64,000 nucleotides of DNA from Paramecium tetraurelia (lineage: Eukaryota). The position numbers and the translations under genes are program-made. The stretch covers positions 372,001 to 436,000 of the forward strand of contig CT868363.1 in assembly GCA_000165425.1 (NCBI GenBank), written 5' to 3'. Within the stretch, counting starts at the first letter, position 1, and the number at the start of each line of letters is the position of its first letter. The notes under the pieces were generated by a model, which was given only the letters and a program-made list of their open reading frames with translations, did not search any database and had not been told where the DNA came from. Positions 28,992 to 41,751 of the stretch are shown here, one piece after another.

Positions 28992-29387
28992 ATGAGAAAA
29001 TCTCAGAAATTGCCCTCCTAATAGTAAATGAAAAAGATGATAATTCCAACTATGACATCATAAATTACCTACAGTCCAGAGTTATCTCCAACAGATAAGT
29101 CATAAAAGCAGATGATAAGGAAGACCTCCATGATTGAATTACATAGAGTAGAAATTGAAGATTTTCAAATCAGACCCAAAAGGGTTTTATAAATGGCGAA
29201 AGACACAAAATAGTAATTATTCTCCTAACAAAATCCTCGAAATGAAAAAAAATAAAAACCAAGAGTGGAGACCTCTGAAGGTCAAAATAGAGGCCTCGAT
29301 TTCACATTTGCTTAGAACTTCTCAAACAAATAAATGATAATGAAAGAATTCTCCTCGAATATCCTGACTAAGAAATTTTTTGTATGA
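28992..29387 (+). CDS. Hypothetical protein (~131 aa; alternative start 29028)
   Basis: Intronless ORF MRKSQKLPSQQQMKKMIIPTM...LDFTFAQNFSNKQMIMKEFSSNILTKKFFV-TGA. Confidence 0.65.
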
Positions 29388-29805
29388 TCATATATTTATT
29401 ATGATAAATATCATCTAAATTTTCGTAACAACCTTTGTTGTTTATTTTTATTATATTTAAGATTAACTGTAGAGTTTTAACAATACTTTGTCTCCTTTTT
29501 AATATCAAGAAATATACATACTAATCTCTTTTGATTGTAAATATTAGCTTTCAATATACTGTAAAAATAATGAATTAACCTATGATTAACATTATTATTA
29601 TTTATTTCGTGCTATTTATAGATTAAGATTGGATGGATATTTTAATAATTAAAAAATGAAAGGCCATATATATTTTAATATAACATTAAATTTTATTATT
29701 ATTGTTATGAATAACTAAACTTGTAAAAGGATTATGTATAATGAACATTTTATTGATATGATATATTATAAACATTGCATTGAACTCAATTAATAAATAA
29801 TTAAT

Positions 29806-30047
29806 TCAATTGCTAATTATCCACTTAATGGTTTTTTGTAAATCTCCCTCATTCTTTTTTAACCATCTTGTGGCTTAAAATCTATCCACATCGAACTCTT
29901 TGACAATTAAATCAATATGGGTTTCATTTAATTTGATGGTCTCTTATTATATTTCAACTGGCTATGTTTAAATTTAAACATTACTTATTCTGTCCCTGAC
30001 ACTTCAACCTCCTGGTCTTCATTTCTCATCACAATTTTCTAATTCAT
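29806..30047 (-). CDS. HYPK-like / NAC-alpha-type UBA-domain protein (72 aa)
   Basis: One intron 29962-29984. C-terminus IKLNETHIDLIVKEFDVDRFQATRWLKKNEGDLQKTIKWIISN matches the HYPK UBA pattern. Confidence 0.75.
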
Positions 30048-30195
30048 TAAATTAAATTTTATATTATTAGAAGAAAGTAGTTTGAGTTAAAAAGGAGAAG
30101 AGAAGAATTGTTTGAAAGAAATGAAAAGAACGTTCACAAATTGACAAACAGAATTGCCTTTATGATTATAAGAATTATATAATATTAAATAAATA

Positions 30196-31914
30196 ATGGA
30201 AAGTAAACTATAAAATTTTGAGATCCTCAAAAAATTAGGTTATAAATAATGGTTGATGTTATAGGTTCTGGAGCTTATTCATCTGTGTACAAAGTGCAGA
30301 GGAAATCGGATGGGAAGGTTTATGCTTTAAAGAAAGTATTTGGAGTGATTTATAGGAATAGGTGAAATTGATGGACATTGGGGACAGAGAGAAACAGAAT
30401 GCATTGAATGAGGTTCGGTTTATTGCATCAATTCATCATGAGAATGTAGTTTCATACAAGGAATGCTTTATTGAGGATAATAATTTATGGTATTGCAGTT
30501 GTAGTAATAAAGTATAATAATGGAGTATGCTGAAGGAGGGGATTTGCTATAGAAGATCTAAAGATAGATTAAGAAACAGTAGATGATTCCAGAGTAAGAG
30601 ATATGGCAAGTTGCAATATAGGTGTTGTAAGGTTTGCGAGCATTGCATCATAAAAAAATATTGCACCGAGATTTGAAGTGTGCTAATATCTTCTTGTATG
30701 AGAATGATTAAGTGAAACTTGGAGACTTTAATGTATCTAAGTTGGCCAAGAACGGACTTGTGTATACCCAAACTGGTACTCCTTATTACGCAAGTCCTGA
30801 GGTTTGGTAAGACAAACCCTACGATCATAAGGCAGACATCTGGTCGTTAGGCTGTGTCATCTATGAGACGTGCGCCCTGAAACCGTATTCATTTTAGCAA
30901 TCCTATGATTAGACCCTTTAGAGCCAAGGACATGGACGGATTGTATAAGTCCGTTCTCAGAGGACAATATTAGCCAATCCCCATTATCTACTCTTAGGAA
31001 TTAGTATAATTGATCAAGAGTATGATGTAAGTGCATCCTGCTAATCGTCTTGATTGTGGTAATATTTAGTGTTTATTATTATTAAGATAAGCTGCTCCAA
31101 CTCTCAATCCTTCAGAAGAAAGCTAAGGAATTTGGGATTCGTTTGATTACGGATGAGATCGAGGATGACTTGTTGAAAACCATCAAATGGCCTATTACTA
31201 GAAAGGGTTTGTTAGTAAACAAATCAGAACTCATCAATTTAAATTGCCAATTGCCTGGGAGCAATTATTTAAATTAGCATAATTCCAATCATATTAGGAG
31301 GAATCAGCAATCTAATAGGATAAGATCTTAAGATACAAATGATTCCATCGCTTTAAACTAATCCAATGAAGCTCTGCATTAATTGATGAAACAAATCACT
31401 CATTTAGATCAAAGAGATATTGAGAAGAATTCGAATCTGAATTAAAATTTAAATAAATCCATATCAAAATAGACAATCTAAGAAAATGTCTTACCGAATA
31501 ACCGAAGATTGCGCGTTTCCAATTCTACTCACGAAAAACATGAGAGATATGAACCCATTTAACAACCGTAAATTATTAAATAGAATCTCTAGTAAATGTG
31601 CTTCTAAGGATAGACTTGACCATCAAATTTAAATCAATTAATATTATTATGGCAAAGACGTGATCCAATCACTTAATAAATAGCACTATTCTTAAAAATT
31701 ACCGATTATAAATGGCAGTCAAAAACAGGATGATGAAGGTGTTCTAAGGAAGAACTCTTCAAATGAAAGAAATTCGAGTAGTTATCTGAAAAGATCCAAG
31801 CACGAATCTTAAAAGAAAGAGGCTTCTATGCAGTCCAGTGTTGAGAGACCTACAGTCTTGATGAAAATCATTGAGGAACATCAATAATTGCCTAAAATAA
31901 AAAAGAAATACTGA
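30196..31914 (+). CDS. NIMA-related Ser/Thr kinase (NEK)
   Basis: [86 protein letters not shown]. Several tiny introns and a low-complexity tail. Confidence 0.95.
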
Positions 31915-31982
31915 TGTATCTAATTTTCCACATTTCCAATTAATTAAAATTTAACAGAAATAAATATATATTTTAACAAATA

Positions 31983-32336
31983 ATGGACATGTTTTTTGAA
32001 TTAAACAAATTTAGAAATTCGATTAAACAGGAAGTATTAAGTAGGCCCAGATCATAAATGAGATAATCGTAATTGAAGAGAAAGATGTCTAGCATCAGAA
32101 ACAGCGTGCATGGAAGTTTGCATGGTAGTGGCAACAATAGTTTGCATAACAGCGCTTAAAGATAGAGTAGCAATACCATAGGTTAAGTGTTGCCATTTCA
32201 TAAAATCAAAGAAATCTAATAAACCTTATTAGAATGCAATTACATTAATGATCTCTCTGTTTATTATGTAGAAGAGTTAGTAAGATTTGCTAGTCTGGTT
32301 ATGGAAAAAGTGGTTAAGGTCAGAGGCCATAAATGA
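31983..32336 (+). CDS. Hypothetical protein (117 aa)
   Basis: Intronless ORF MDMFFELNKFRNSIKQEVLSRPRSQ...YVEELVRFASLVMEKVVKVRGHK-TGA. Confidence 0.65.
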
Positions 32337-32445
32337 CTTTAATTAATTATTTCTAAACTTATTCAAAATTTATTATATCAATTGTTGAAACTATAAAATA
32401 GATCTATGATATTTTAACATAATAAGTAACAAAATTGTGAATCAT

Positions 32446-34622
32446 TCATTTGTTAACTTATTGGTTAGTAATTTGTGATAAAATTGTAGTCATATCGAAA
32501 GAAGTATTTACTTTCTTGATATTTTGTTATTTCTTGGTTTGCTAAATAATTTCATTTTCTTTTACCAAATGTCTTTTATCCACTACAATAATAATAATAT
32601 ATACAATCAATAATTCCAAAGCATTTTTCTTATTGCAACAATTAATTAGTTGATATAACCTAGGTATCAATAACCAAATGTCCATAGGTTATGAAAATTC
32701 TAATCGACTCCTCAATTCCATAGTTTATTATACGTTAAGCAGCGACATCAGTCAGATATCTAATAGCGTTATTCTCTTTAATCGTTGCTTCATTTGGTGA
32801 GTTAGTCGGTTTTCTTTTATTTACTTGATTGCCAATTATGAATTAAAATTGATTGTTATTTACGAATGGATTCAAACATGAGATGTGCAGAGAAAAATTA
32901 TATAACATACTGTTTTAATTTAGTTTTTTTACATCCAATTTTGATTTCAAATTTTGATGGACTCTATTTTTTGCATCTAACTTAATACCATCTAAATAGT
33001 TAAATTAATTAATTACCTGAACAAATCATATTAAAATCTAACTAATAATTATTAGAATTAGGTATATAAATTAGAATATGATATTAGTTGATCAAACTAT
33101 AATAATCAGGAATCATAGGGATTTAATAAAATTCACCTGCCTTATTTGCATTAACATCAAATTCATATGATATATTTAGAAATCCTTTTTTTGAGGCTTA
33201 AACCTTGATTTTATTGAACATAACTCCTTAACACATAAAAATGCCTTAATCATTAGTAATTCCAATCAAGGGTTCGTCATTTGAATTAATTTTTGTAATT
33301 TCCAATTTACAATTATCTATTACATTATTTTCCTCTTGTTGTATTAAATCGTATACTCTGAATTTCATGGTTGTTTGCACCTAACTGATTAAATCAAATT
33401 GAATAATGACATCTGAATTCCCTTATAGGAAAATGGAGCGTCTTTGTTCGAAGTAGTCCTTCTTATTTACTTCTACTGTGTACTCTTCCTATTGCTTACC
33501 ATAAAATATGTAGGCTTATTGAGTGTAATCATAGGATAGGGTTTTGGCATTATGATTAGAAATTAAGACATTGACAGTCGAATCCTCAGGTGCTTTGATG
33601 ATGCACTTGATGAGATCACTGCGATTGAGAGTAATTGACACATTGGCAGAATCTTAATTCTCTTGATATATCTGTTACAAATTCAAGACTTGCTTAACTG
33701 ATTGAATTTAAGTACCAGTTACTTCGACTTCGTAATTAATGTTCGATATTAGATCATTGAATAGAGCTTGATTATTTGAATTGACAGTTTGTGTTTGTGA
33801 AAATAATCTGATAACATTTTGATTATTTGTGGGTTGTGCTTTGATAGGAGAGTAAAATGATCTAATTTAAGTGTCTTGAGGTTTATGAGTTTCAGTTTTG
33901 GACATGCTGTTAAAAATAGAGTGGATGTTTTGAGTTGATTTTTTGGGAGTGGAATGTTTTTCAATCTGCGTTTAATTTAATTCCTTTTGGCGGATGGTAA
34001 TCTTCACTGCCTCTAGGATATTGTTTTACTGATTCTGATCTTCTTTTAAGGACTGGATGTATTTGTTGGTGCAATCAAGATTGATGGTGAGATTGAATTT
34101 ATGCAAGGAAAGCCAGATAAGATCAGATATCAGTTTTGGTGTTAGTTGTTCTTTGGAGTGTTGTTTGGAATATAAGACAAGGGGTGTTTCATTTAGTTGT
34201 TAAAATTGTATGTGAACATGGTGTTGTTGAGTGTGTTGTTTGAGTTTTTCATGGATAATGGAGATGAATGGGTACCTAGAAGAATATAATGGTGGAGATT
34301 ACTTTTTGAATATATTTAATTTAATTTCCTCAATTAAATTTTCAAAGTGATCTTTGGTTTCATCACAAAAAGTGCTTTTGTAGCCAATTTTGTAATAGGT
34401 TTGGATGTAGAGTGTGGTTTGATTTGGTTTAGAGATGGGGAGGAGGGGTGCTCGATCTTGGAGATAGTCTAATATATTTTTGAGTTCTTCTTTGTAATGT
34501 TTGATGATTTTGGTTGGCTGTTGAGTCTCCTAGAAGAAACTTGAGGGGTTTGTGATTTAGAATAGATACCTTATTTTGGATCGAAACTTAAAGGACTAAG
34601 TGTTTTGGGTAGAGTTTGACAT
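32446..34622 (-). CDS. Hypothetical protein with beta-sandwich (carboxypeptidase-regulatory/Cna-B-like) repeats; 5' structure uncertain
   Basis: Segments EEYTVEVNKKDYFEQ and LIGITNDQGIFM...IKVQASKKGFLNISYEF resemble prealbumin-fold repeats. The 3' end resolves with two introns. Start and 5' exons are ambiguous because several frames are open. Confidence 0.5.
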
Positions 34623-34693
34623 GTGTGGAAAAATATTCGTTAAAATAATATTGTAGGGGGTGGAATGATTATAAAATGATATATAATAATAAA

Positions 34694-35541
34694 ATGATTG
34701 AGACCTAGAAACTAGTGCATCGCAAATTATCTGTTTCGGGATATCCTCAGAATGAGTTCTTTGTTCTGGAGAGTTTGAAGCTGAAGATCACGAAAAAGAA
34801 CTTCCCTTGCCAATTGCATCCAGGAATATCCATCGACATACCCAAATAGATTTAAAAGTTCTATCGCAAGCGCTTCTTTCTGTTTAAAAAGTTCAATGAG
34901 GGCATATAGTTAGATGAGGAATCTTGGTATTCAGTGATACCAGAGGTAGAGATTTGTCTAATGAATTAAGGAGATGAGCATTCATATAGCAAATAAATTG
35001 AAAGCCAGTTCTCCAGATTCTGATGTGATCGATGGGTTTTGTGGTTCTGGAGGTCTAGCAATCCAATTGGCGAAATGTTTTAAAACAGTGATTTGTATAG
35101 ATATTGATCCCATGTAAAATACAATATTTATTAATTCAGCAAGATCAATAACATTACCAATAATTTGTAAGTGTATGAATCCATAGCAACCGTAATCCTA
35201 GATGAATTTTCTCGAGTACACTCATACCAATTAAGATTTCATTCTCATCATGTGTCCACCTTGGTATTATCTCCATTAATCTTAGGGGTGGATTGAACTA
35301 CTCGCATCAGCCCTATGATCTTAATAGTATGAAACCATCTCTACAAGATCTATTGACCAAGGGACTGCAGATGACTACCAAAATAGTACTTCAATTGCCC
35401 AAAAACATCGACATTCAGCAATTGGGCAGTATCTTCAAGGATGTCACTGACAAACTCAGATTAGAACTCAAACCTATAGAAGTAGAGATGATGCTCATCA
35501 ATGAGCAGATCAATTAATTAATTATTTACTATGGGTTATGA
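34694..35541 (+). CDS. TGS1: Trimethylguanosine synthase (RNA cap hypermethylase); apparent +1 frameshift near 35198
   Basis: KFYRKRFFLFKKFNEGIQLDEESWYSVIPE, VIDGFCGSGGLAIQLA (SAM motif I), CPPWGG (canonical SPPWGG), LQLPKN. Three small introns. Confidence 0.9.
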
Positions 35542-35634
35542 AATCAATTTTACATTTTAATTAATTCTCTCTCCTTTATTATAAAATATCTATATAATTA
35601 TAAATCTGGTTAATAATTAGAATTTTAATTATAA

Positions 35635-38600
35635 TCATTCTTGCTTCTTCAATTAATGAGGTAATAGAGTTCCGTATATCTTGGCTATAGGAAATGGCAA
35701 TTTCGAACTCATCTAATTCTTCCCCCTTATACTAACATGCAACCTCTTCTATATCGACTGGTGTCTTTGTCGTACCAATTCAGCAGAACTATCAGTGTTT
35801 CCATATATGATATCAGTGACAAATTTGAACAAAAAAAATGCGATCATCAAAATCGCAAACAAAGTGAAACTATTGATCTCAGTGAAGACATCCTAATTTG
35901 AATAAGACAGCAATCCACTATTGATAAAGATCGAAATATATGAAATCAGATTCATATAGTATACAAATGGGCCTATTGTTCTAGCTGTTTATGGCGTAGG
36001 TCTTTTTGTGAGCCATATCAATTTGAACTTGTCCAAAAATAACTCTAAATAATTCATTGCCAATCCAGTTATGAAGATCAAAGGAAAAGGACTCCCGAAA
36101 TTGGCCAACAAAGCAAATTACAAATTCAACTCCAAATACTCCCATATTGTTCCATCGACTTGATCTATTGTGAAAGACTCCTTTTAGGTCTCAGCCTCAA
36201 TGGACTTATTGAAATGATAATAAGCTATAAAGTATAATTCTTAGAATGTTACGTGTTTTCTTTTATAAAGAACCCCCAAAATCTACTATGCTCACAAATC
36301 CATATCTTGCCCTTTGATATATCTATTTGATTATTGGAAAAATAAATCCAAACAAAATATGTTTACCAAACTCAATTATAAACACAACTCTCATGTAAAT
36401 TTACAATTGAGAATAGCAGTAATTATCATTTACACATCCAATTGTTTATTCATAAAAAAATGCTATGATAAATGGCTATCCCAAACGATTCACAGTGGAA
36501 AACAAAAGATCTAATCTAATAGTAATTATTACTCTTTATAATAAAACTGGTCTCAAATTAAGATAAATATTTGTGATTTTCCCATTTGGTTAAAAAGAAT
36601 GCCACAGGCCTATAAATGTTATCTAACAGAATTCCTATGAAAACCCAAATTAGAGCTGGAATAAAAACAGACAACTCTATGAATTCGATATTCGGAACAT
36701 CTGGATTATTCTCTAAATACAAGGATAATAGTTATAGTGCCACTATAATCACGATCTCAATCACCAAGAATATCGCTACCAAAATCATATTAAAAAAGAA
36801 TTTAAACCAAGTCTCCTTTGATGAATATTGGAGATCATTCAATTTATCATTTGCTATAGATCTCTTAGGTTTACCCACAAATCCAATCAATTCAACCTAA
36901 TTCAATTCCATATCCTCCAAACCGAACATAGTTTAAAATTACATTTCTTAACGAATCCACAAAGCCTAGAAAGTTGATGACCAGAACACAATCATTATTG
37001 TAAAGAATATGATAGATACTTTATTCGCCAAGGCTTCAACATCATACAGTATTTATACTATAAATGTCAGTATTCCAAAGTATGAAATAGGAAGCAATTC
37101 ATGAACAAAAAACTACAAGAACATAAAGTACAAAGCTATTCTCTCTCCATAATATGAACAAATATGTTGCACTGGAACATCCAATAATCCCCATAAGTTT
37201 AATAAATTATCCCCATTCAAACCACCCTCTGTTAAAACCTTTTTTTTCTTCTCTCCCAACTCATTTTAATCTTTCTGAATAAACTTTTAGATTTTGGCTT
37301 TGACTGTCTATATTAACTTCATAGAAAAGAATAAATCCTATTTTTATTGTTTAGCCTATTTTAAAGGTTAATAATGTTCGTCTTTGTATTTCTACCCATC
37401 CAAATCAAAGTAACTGTTCGGTATCAGATGATCTCTTATGTAATCCTGCGAACTCAAATACTCTAAGTTGACTAATGACTTTAGAATCGATATATTCAGT
37501 TTTGCTCTTTCCATCTTATTGAATAATGAGCGTTCGCCCTTTTCATTGATTATCTGATAAGTCCAAATTGAATCTTACTGAATGAATTTATTATAATTCT
37601 ACTTTTTCCTTGGATAAAAATATTCAATAAAAGGACCCTAAGGTTCCATACCCAATCTATCCCAAATACTCAATAATTTTCTACCATATAATTTATCAGT
37701 CTAATGTTTGGCATTATGTAAAATCTATTCAATCTCCAAAGCCATCTTCCTCTTCAAAAATACCTTTATCTTTCTTCTATTCGTATCCTTCCAATTCCCT
37801 TTACTTTGTTCTCTCACATAGAATTTAGTTGATTTTGATTTGAAATTTTACTCCTTTAAATCGGCAACCAATTCTTTCAACTCTTAGGATGTAAGAATTT
37901 GAGCAAAATCATTTTCTTTGTATTTCTTTCTCACATTGATCAAATCAGATGCAATTTATTCTAAATAAAACACATAAGCATTTAACACATCAGCAGTCAG
38001 TCTTCTTTATTATTATATCTCTCCAGATATCTCATATGGATATTAATTGCACTCTCTAGCCAACTTATTATAATCAATTATTTTTAATAGTTTTCTAATT
38101 TCCTTTTGATGAGACTCAAAAGGCAAATCTTACCCAACTAGTTTAGATCTGATCACTTTATTAAAGCGTAAAGGTCGAAACCTAAAATACTCAATATTCA
38201 ATACGCTTCATCCACTGGTTCTAATGACAGAATGTCACAAAATGCTATGCTTACTCTCTTCTTCAAAAAGGTTCTTTGTGCCTCTATAATCAGATTACGT
38301 AATTCTTAAAACAAAACCGCATATATCTTAGTACCATCTAGACTTAAAAATTGCCTAATGAAGAACCTAAAAGTTTGAATTATTCAAATTTGTTACCCTG
38401 CATGCATAGATAATTTGTACAATAATAATATTCTAAAAAGAGTGGCAACATCAGAAACCTTTTCTCCTGTTCTTTCCCAATGATTAGTCGTTGCATTGTA
38501 CTTCAAGAAACCTCCTTATCCCATTTGACGAGTTTCATCTGGTTTGATTCTTACTTAAGTTCCATGCTCATTCACAATAAATAATTTTTGTTTGTTTGCT

Positions 38601-39014
38601 GATGATAATTAGAAGCCTCTTTCTATCTCTTTGAATGTAGAGGGGGGTTGTTTAAGACGATTAAATACATTCAAAAAGGCCATTCTCAATAATTCATCGT
38701 CTGGAGATTCAAATGATGAATCAACGTCAAAACACTTATTTTAATGAAGCCTATTACTTTATCAAAGTCTCTCAAAACATCTTGAAATTGTATGCAATTT
38801 TCTTTGTACTCGTAATCTTCATGATCAGGATTGTCAAACACCAATACATAATCTTGGGGATGTTTAGTATAACACAAATACCACCCAAATTCAAATACTT
38901 TTCATCCAAAACTATATAATTATGGTGGACCTATGGCTTGAATTACTCGGGATATTGTAGAATACGAATCTTTTCTTTAAGTTTCTCTCTTTTACATTTA
39001 CTATATGCTTACAT
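35635..39014 (-). CDS. Anoctamin/TMEM16 family channel/scramblase
   Basis: N-terminal DYVLVF, ICSYYGERIALYF, multiple TM helices, GEYLELNLQFALLANFGSPFPL...LELFLDKFKL...RPTPQTARTIGPF. Confidence 0.88.
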
Positions 39015-39325
39015 TTTAATTTATTTTGATTTTTATGATTGATTTACAAGGTGTAAAAAAGAGACAAAACAAAATCACAAGCAGATAAGCTAATAACCAA
39101 AGATGAGACAAAAGTAAAATTAGTTACATAAATAATGGTAAGAAATATATGTTAAGTATTAGAAATATACATTTTAATTCTGATTTTACCTTAACCTCCA
39201 AAATGTTTTACTAGTCCCCAAATTCAATCTAGATTCATTTAAAGATAGAGGTCAACTTAGCGTAATGAAAACTACAATAGACAGCTATTGAAGAAGAATG
39301 AGAAGGTTATGTAGAGTGAATTATT

Positions 39326-40717
39326 TCATAATTATACTACTTGTGATTAAGATTGGATAAATTATTGCAATCCTTTATAATCATAGCACACGTCTTATTT
39401 CATTTAATTTGATACTAAAATGTAGTTCAATGCCTTAATATCCGATTTATCCAATTCATCATTTAGCTACAACTCCTTAGTTAGATTCTTATTGATTATG
39501 TCTTCCATCACTAAACTTAGAGCCTTTTTGAATAAGTTATTGGGTTGTGAGTAAGTTGATATGTATTATTTCAAAAATCCAACGTCATATTCTTTGAGAA
39601 TTAAATCTTAGATATATAATTCGCATTGCAAATTGATGATATTTAAATATTTGTTCATCTACATTGTGTCCGATTCTACTAATTATTTCAATTTTTTATT
39701 TTAGGTTATTTTTTAACATTCCTGATAACTATTATAGGATTCTGAAATACACGATAAAATTAAACAATCCAATAGGAATTAATCTATAGATTACAAATTG
39801 CGAATCTCTTATGACATTAAATATAAAAATTAAGCCCTATCTCTCAGATTAAAATCTTTATCCACTGTTAAATTCATTTCGAAATCAGACCATTTAGTTT
39901 ATTCCTATTGTTTCTTTTTTTAATTCTCAACCTATTGCATTATTATTTTTTAAATGACTTCCTCTGTTATGCCTTTCTAATTCAATTCCATTCTTAAACT
40001 TTTCTATTCATACTTTTCAATCATCTATTCAACTTATAATTCTAATTGATCTAATTTTATTCTGTCCTACTTGCTACAGCTCATTTGATTGATTAGAATT
40101 TAGTAAGGACACTTTCTGTTCTTTATTACGAAGTTACAAACCTTTCCTAAAGAATAAATATCATTTGCTATTGAGGGTCTCTCCTTATCAAATTCAGGAT
40201 CTATATATTCATCCTATATCCTATTAGAATATTGAAAAGGGAAAAAATCTGTGGTGGAGAAACAAATGGTGGAATTAAGCTTCTTTTATTAAAAAATGTT
40301 GGTGGGTTTGAGATTTCCATGATATTCCCCCTTCTATTAGAATAATTTTAGTAATTATATCATTGAGGCCAACATATGCAGAATCTCATAAAAGTCCAAA
40401 GTTACTTACAATATGTTTTATTTACATTTTTTGAAAGCAAAATAAAAAGTATTTTATGTTCTTTAGCGAGAATAACATTCAACTATATATGGATTACCCT
40501 TAAGCATTTAGGTTTTGGCAGCCATATTTCTAATGGCCTCTATTTATCTCAAACTTTCAGGTTGATTATCGTTTCCAATTATTTTAATCACCGCATGTTT
40601 CTTATGCCCATCGATCTCACATAAACCCAATCTCGTTTCATATTTATTTTATTCTAAAAGGCATTTTTTATCCATTTCTATGAAGATGTCCTAGACCTTT
40701 TTGTATTTATTTTACAT
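39326..40717 (-). CDS. Pseudokinase with C-terminal helical/coiled-coil region (~463 aa)
   Basis: Continuous frame with HAVIKII, GNPYIVECY, YHGNLKPTNIF, TTDFFP, YIDPE and NDIYSLG; no Gly-rich loop; ends QSQVVQL-TGA. Confidence 0.8.
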
Positions 40718-40799
40718 TATTAAATTAATAATTCTCTAAACCAGAGGCATACAAACATTAATTAGTTTTATATTCAACTATATATCATAAATAATCAAT

Positions 40800-41206
40800 T
40801 CAATAAAGGTAGACAGCATAGACTGTTACCAAACAAAATAATGAATCATTTATGAAAGTTTCTGAAACACACATATCAGTGTCATAGTCCCAAAAGCATT
40901 TTGAGCCAACTCTAACTCCTTGGCCTAAATAATATATTATCATCAAGATTTACCTCTTTATTGACCGATTAACACATGTACAATAAACTTATATCTACTT
41001 GTCACAGTATATTGCTATTTGAGTCTATTTTTAATGTTCTCAGCGATGTCTTTGGATTGAGTTGTTACATCCTAATATGATCCTGTTTTTAATTTTTGTT
41101 GTAAGATTTCTTAAATCAATTCTCTGCACTTTGAAGACTTGAATTTCTCTCTGGGTTTTGGCTTGATTTGGTATTCTTGATTTTGCTATTATGGTTTCTT
41201 GAGCAT
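40800..41206 (-). CDS. Tctex-1 family dynein light chain (TCTEX1D2-like)
   Basis: YQIKPKPREKF...RYKFIVHVLIGQQRGQGVRVGSKCFWDYDTD...SLFCLVTVYAVYLY-TGA; one intron. Confidence 0.93.
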
Positions 41207-41751
41207 TTGAAATATTATTTAATAAATATATTTAATATTATATATATTAAAATATCACATCATTTTTACTAAATTTCAATCTATTGGCAATAATAAAAAA
41301 AATAACGTTCGATATAAATTTCTGATGTAAAATTAATAATTATGCATACACGATCTCAATTTAATCAATATACTTAATTTTAATGAATAGTAATTAACTT
41401 AAATATATTAATTTTATTAAAGATTGTTCAATAATATCATTAATTTCTGGAAAATTCAGTCTAAATATTCGAAATTTAGTATTATTAATCTGGACTTGAT
41501 TGAACAAGATTCCAAATTTACACATTATTTAATTTCATCCATTAATGCTTCTGCGATTTTATTCACAATTTCTTAAGATTATATTTCAAAATTTAATAGT
41601 CATTTACATCAATATATCAATTGATTATTTGGATAAACCGAGAGAGTTTAATCAATTTCAAAAATTACTTCGGAACCATGTTTATTTGAGTATAAGAAAT
41701 TTCATTAAAACACATTCATTAAATCTTATTATTTAACTTCTTTTAAATAGT

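Noticed and set aside
32056..32330. Minus-strand ORF MASDLNHFF...
   Set aside because: It overlaps a longer, more protein-like plus-strand ORF (31983-32336) and is probably a shadow.
35635..40717. Pseudokinase-anoctamin fusion gene
   Set aside because: The pseudokinase frame ends in TGA at 39326-39328 with no suitably short intron to remove it, and the anoctamin has its own ATG at 39014.
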